Shown one piece after another: positions 63,050 through 64,000 of a stretch of 64,000 nt of DNA. Every line of letters starts with the position of its first letter. Position 1 is the first letter of the stretch. The notes beneath the pieces were generated by a model. The model ran no database searches and had not been told where the DNA came from. It saw only the letters and a program-made list of their open reading frames with translations. This DNA comes from Puccinia triticina (Eukaryota), in NCBI GenBank assembly GCA_026914245.1, contig CP110440.1, positions 3,472,001 through 3,536,000 of the forward strand, read 5' to 3'. Both the position numbers and the translations under genes were made by a program.

Positions 63050-64000
63050 ATGCCGCCACGCACCACCCTCCGGAAGCTGCTCTCATCCCCACCCGCTCTC
63101 CAGCATCCCAGCCGGCTTGCCTTCCAGCGATCTCCGTTCTCGAGCAGTGCCTTCTCTGCCCAGAAGGAACCCACCAACCCCGCAGCCCCAGCCGCGCCGG
63201 CGTCTGCCTCTCCCTCTGCCACCTCGGCGCTGGATTACAAGCTCTCGCACCCACGAAAGAGGGCTCCTCTTCCCGCAATCGATCCGCCCAGCTGGAGTGC
63301 CGAACAGGCCGTCACCAACATCCTGTACGTTTTTCCATCCCCCGATCATCCACCATATCTGCCTGCGTTCTTACCTACGATCAGCTTGCTGTTCACTCAG
63401 ATATAACACTCCACCACCCTCTACCCAGCCGCTCGCGCGTCACGTTCTCAACTGCCTTGTCCAAAATGAGCCCGGTGTGCTTTCCCGGGTGTCGGGTATC
63501 CTAGCTGGTAGAGGGTTCAACATCGAGTCGCTCGTCGTCTGTGCCACCGAAATCCGTGAGCTGTCTCGGTCAGTTAGCCTCTCACCGATCCCCGCTTTGC
63601 TTCGCTCTGACTAATGTATCTTCCTCTGCCTCAAAACACTTCATTCAGAATGTGCATCGTCCTGAAGGGTCAAGACGCAGTCGTCGAACAGGCGCGCAGG
63701 CAGCTGGAGGATGTGGTAAGGTTTTGTTTCATCATTTCCCTTGGTCGTGGTTGCCAGCGCGAGATACTTGTGATGATAAACGAATAACTTTAGATGACGA
63801 GTCTGATAGGTCATTGACCTTATGAGGATTCCAAATCGCTACCTTATCTACATTATCTGAACCGTCTCACTCTCGCCTTTCTCTATTGATAGGTTTTCCT
63901 ACCATAACATGCTAACTATTTTTTTCTTGGCTCTCTATCAATCAATTTAGGTACCCGTCTGGGCCGTGCTCGATTACACGCACAACAAAACGATCGAGCG
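63050..64000 (+). CDS. ILV6: Acetolactate synthase regulatory (small) subunit, mitochondrial; runs off window end
   Basis: AVTNIL/YNTP..HVLNCLVQNEPGVLSRVSGILAGRGFNIESLVVC..LSR/MCIVLKGQDAVVEQARRQLED/VPVWAVLDY. Confidence 0.96.

Noticed and set aside
1..64000. Amino-acid biosynthesis cluster (HIS4, ASN1, ILV6)
   Set aside because: Different pathways, 17-43 kb apart and separated by unrelated genes; no evidence beyond chance.

Overview
Eukaryotic fungal DNA. The intron-rich genes, an Rrm4 orthologue and the TE repertoire point to a basidiomycete, probably a rust fungus (inference). Conserved genes are HIS4 (5' part), SmD3, an RWD-RBR E3 ligase, Het-C, Rrm4, RAD14/XPA, mitochondrial bL28, asparagine synthetase and ILV6 (5' part). 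They alternate with dense, nested TE blocks: three Ty1/copia elements, a decayed Helitron, a solo LTR and several MITEs. The most unusual object is a 6.04-kb element (14520-20562) inserted in a copia pol gene. It has CACTG...CAGTG ends, a 3-bp TSD and ~790-bp TIRs, yet encodes a Tc1/IS630-type DD34E transposase plus a convergent second gene. The right third holds three arrays of a 28-bp hairpin minisatellite, next to OTU-protease sequences and an RRM-ZnF-OTU chimera. All calls were made by eye from motifs; no database searches were run.
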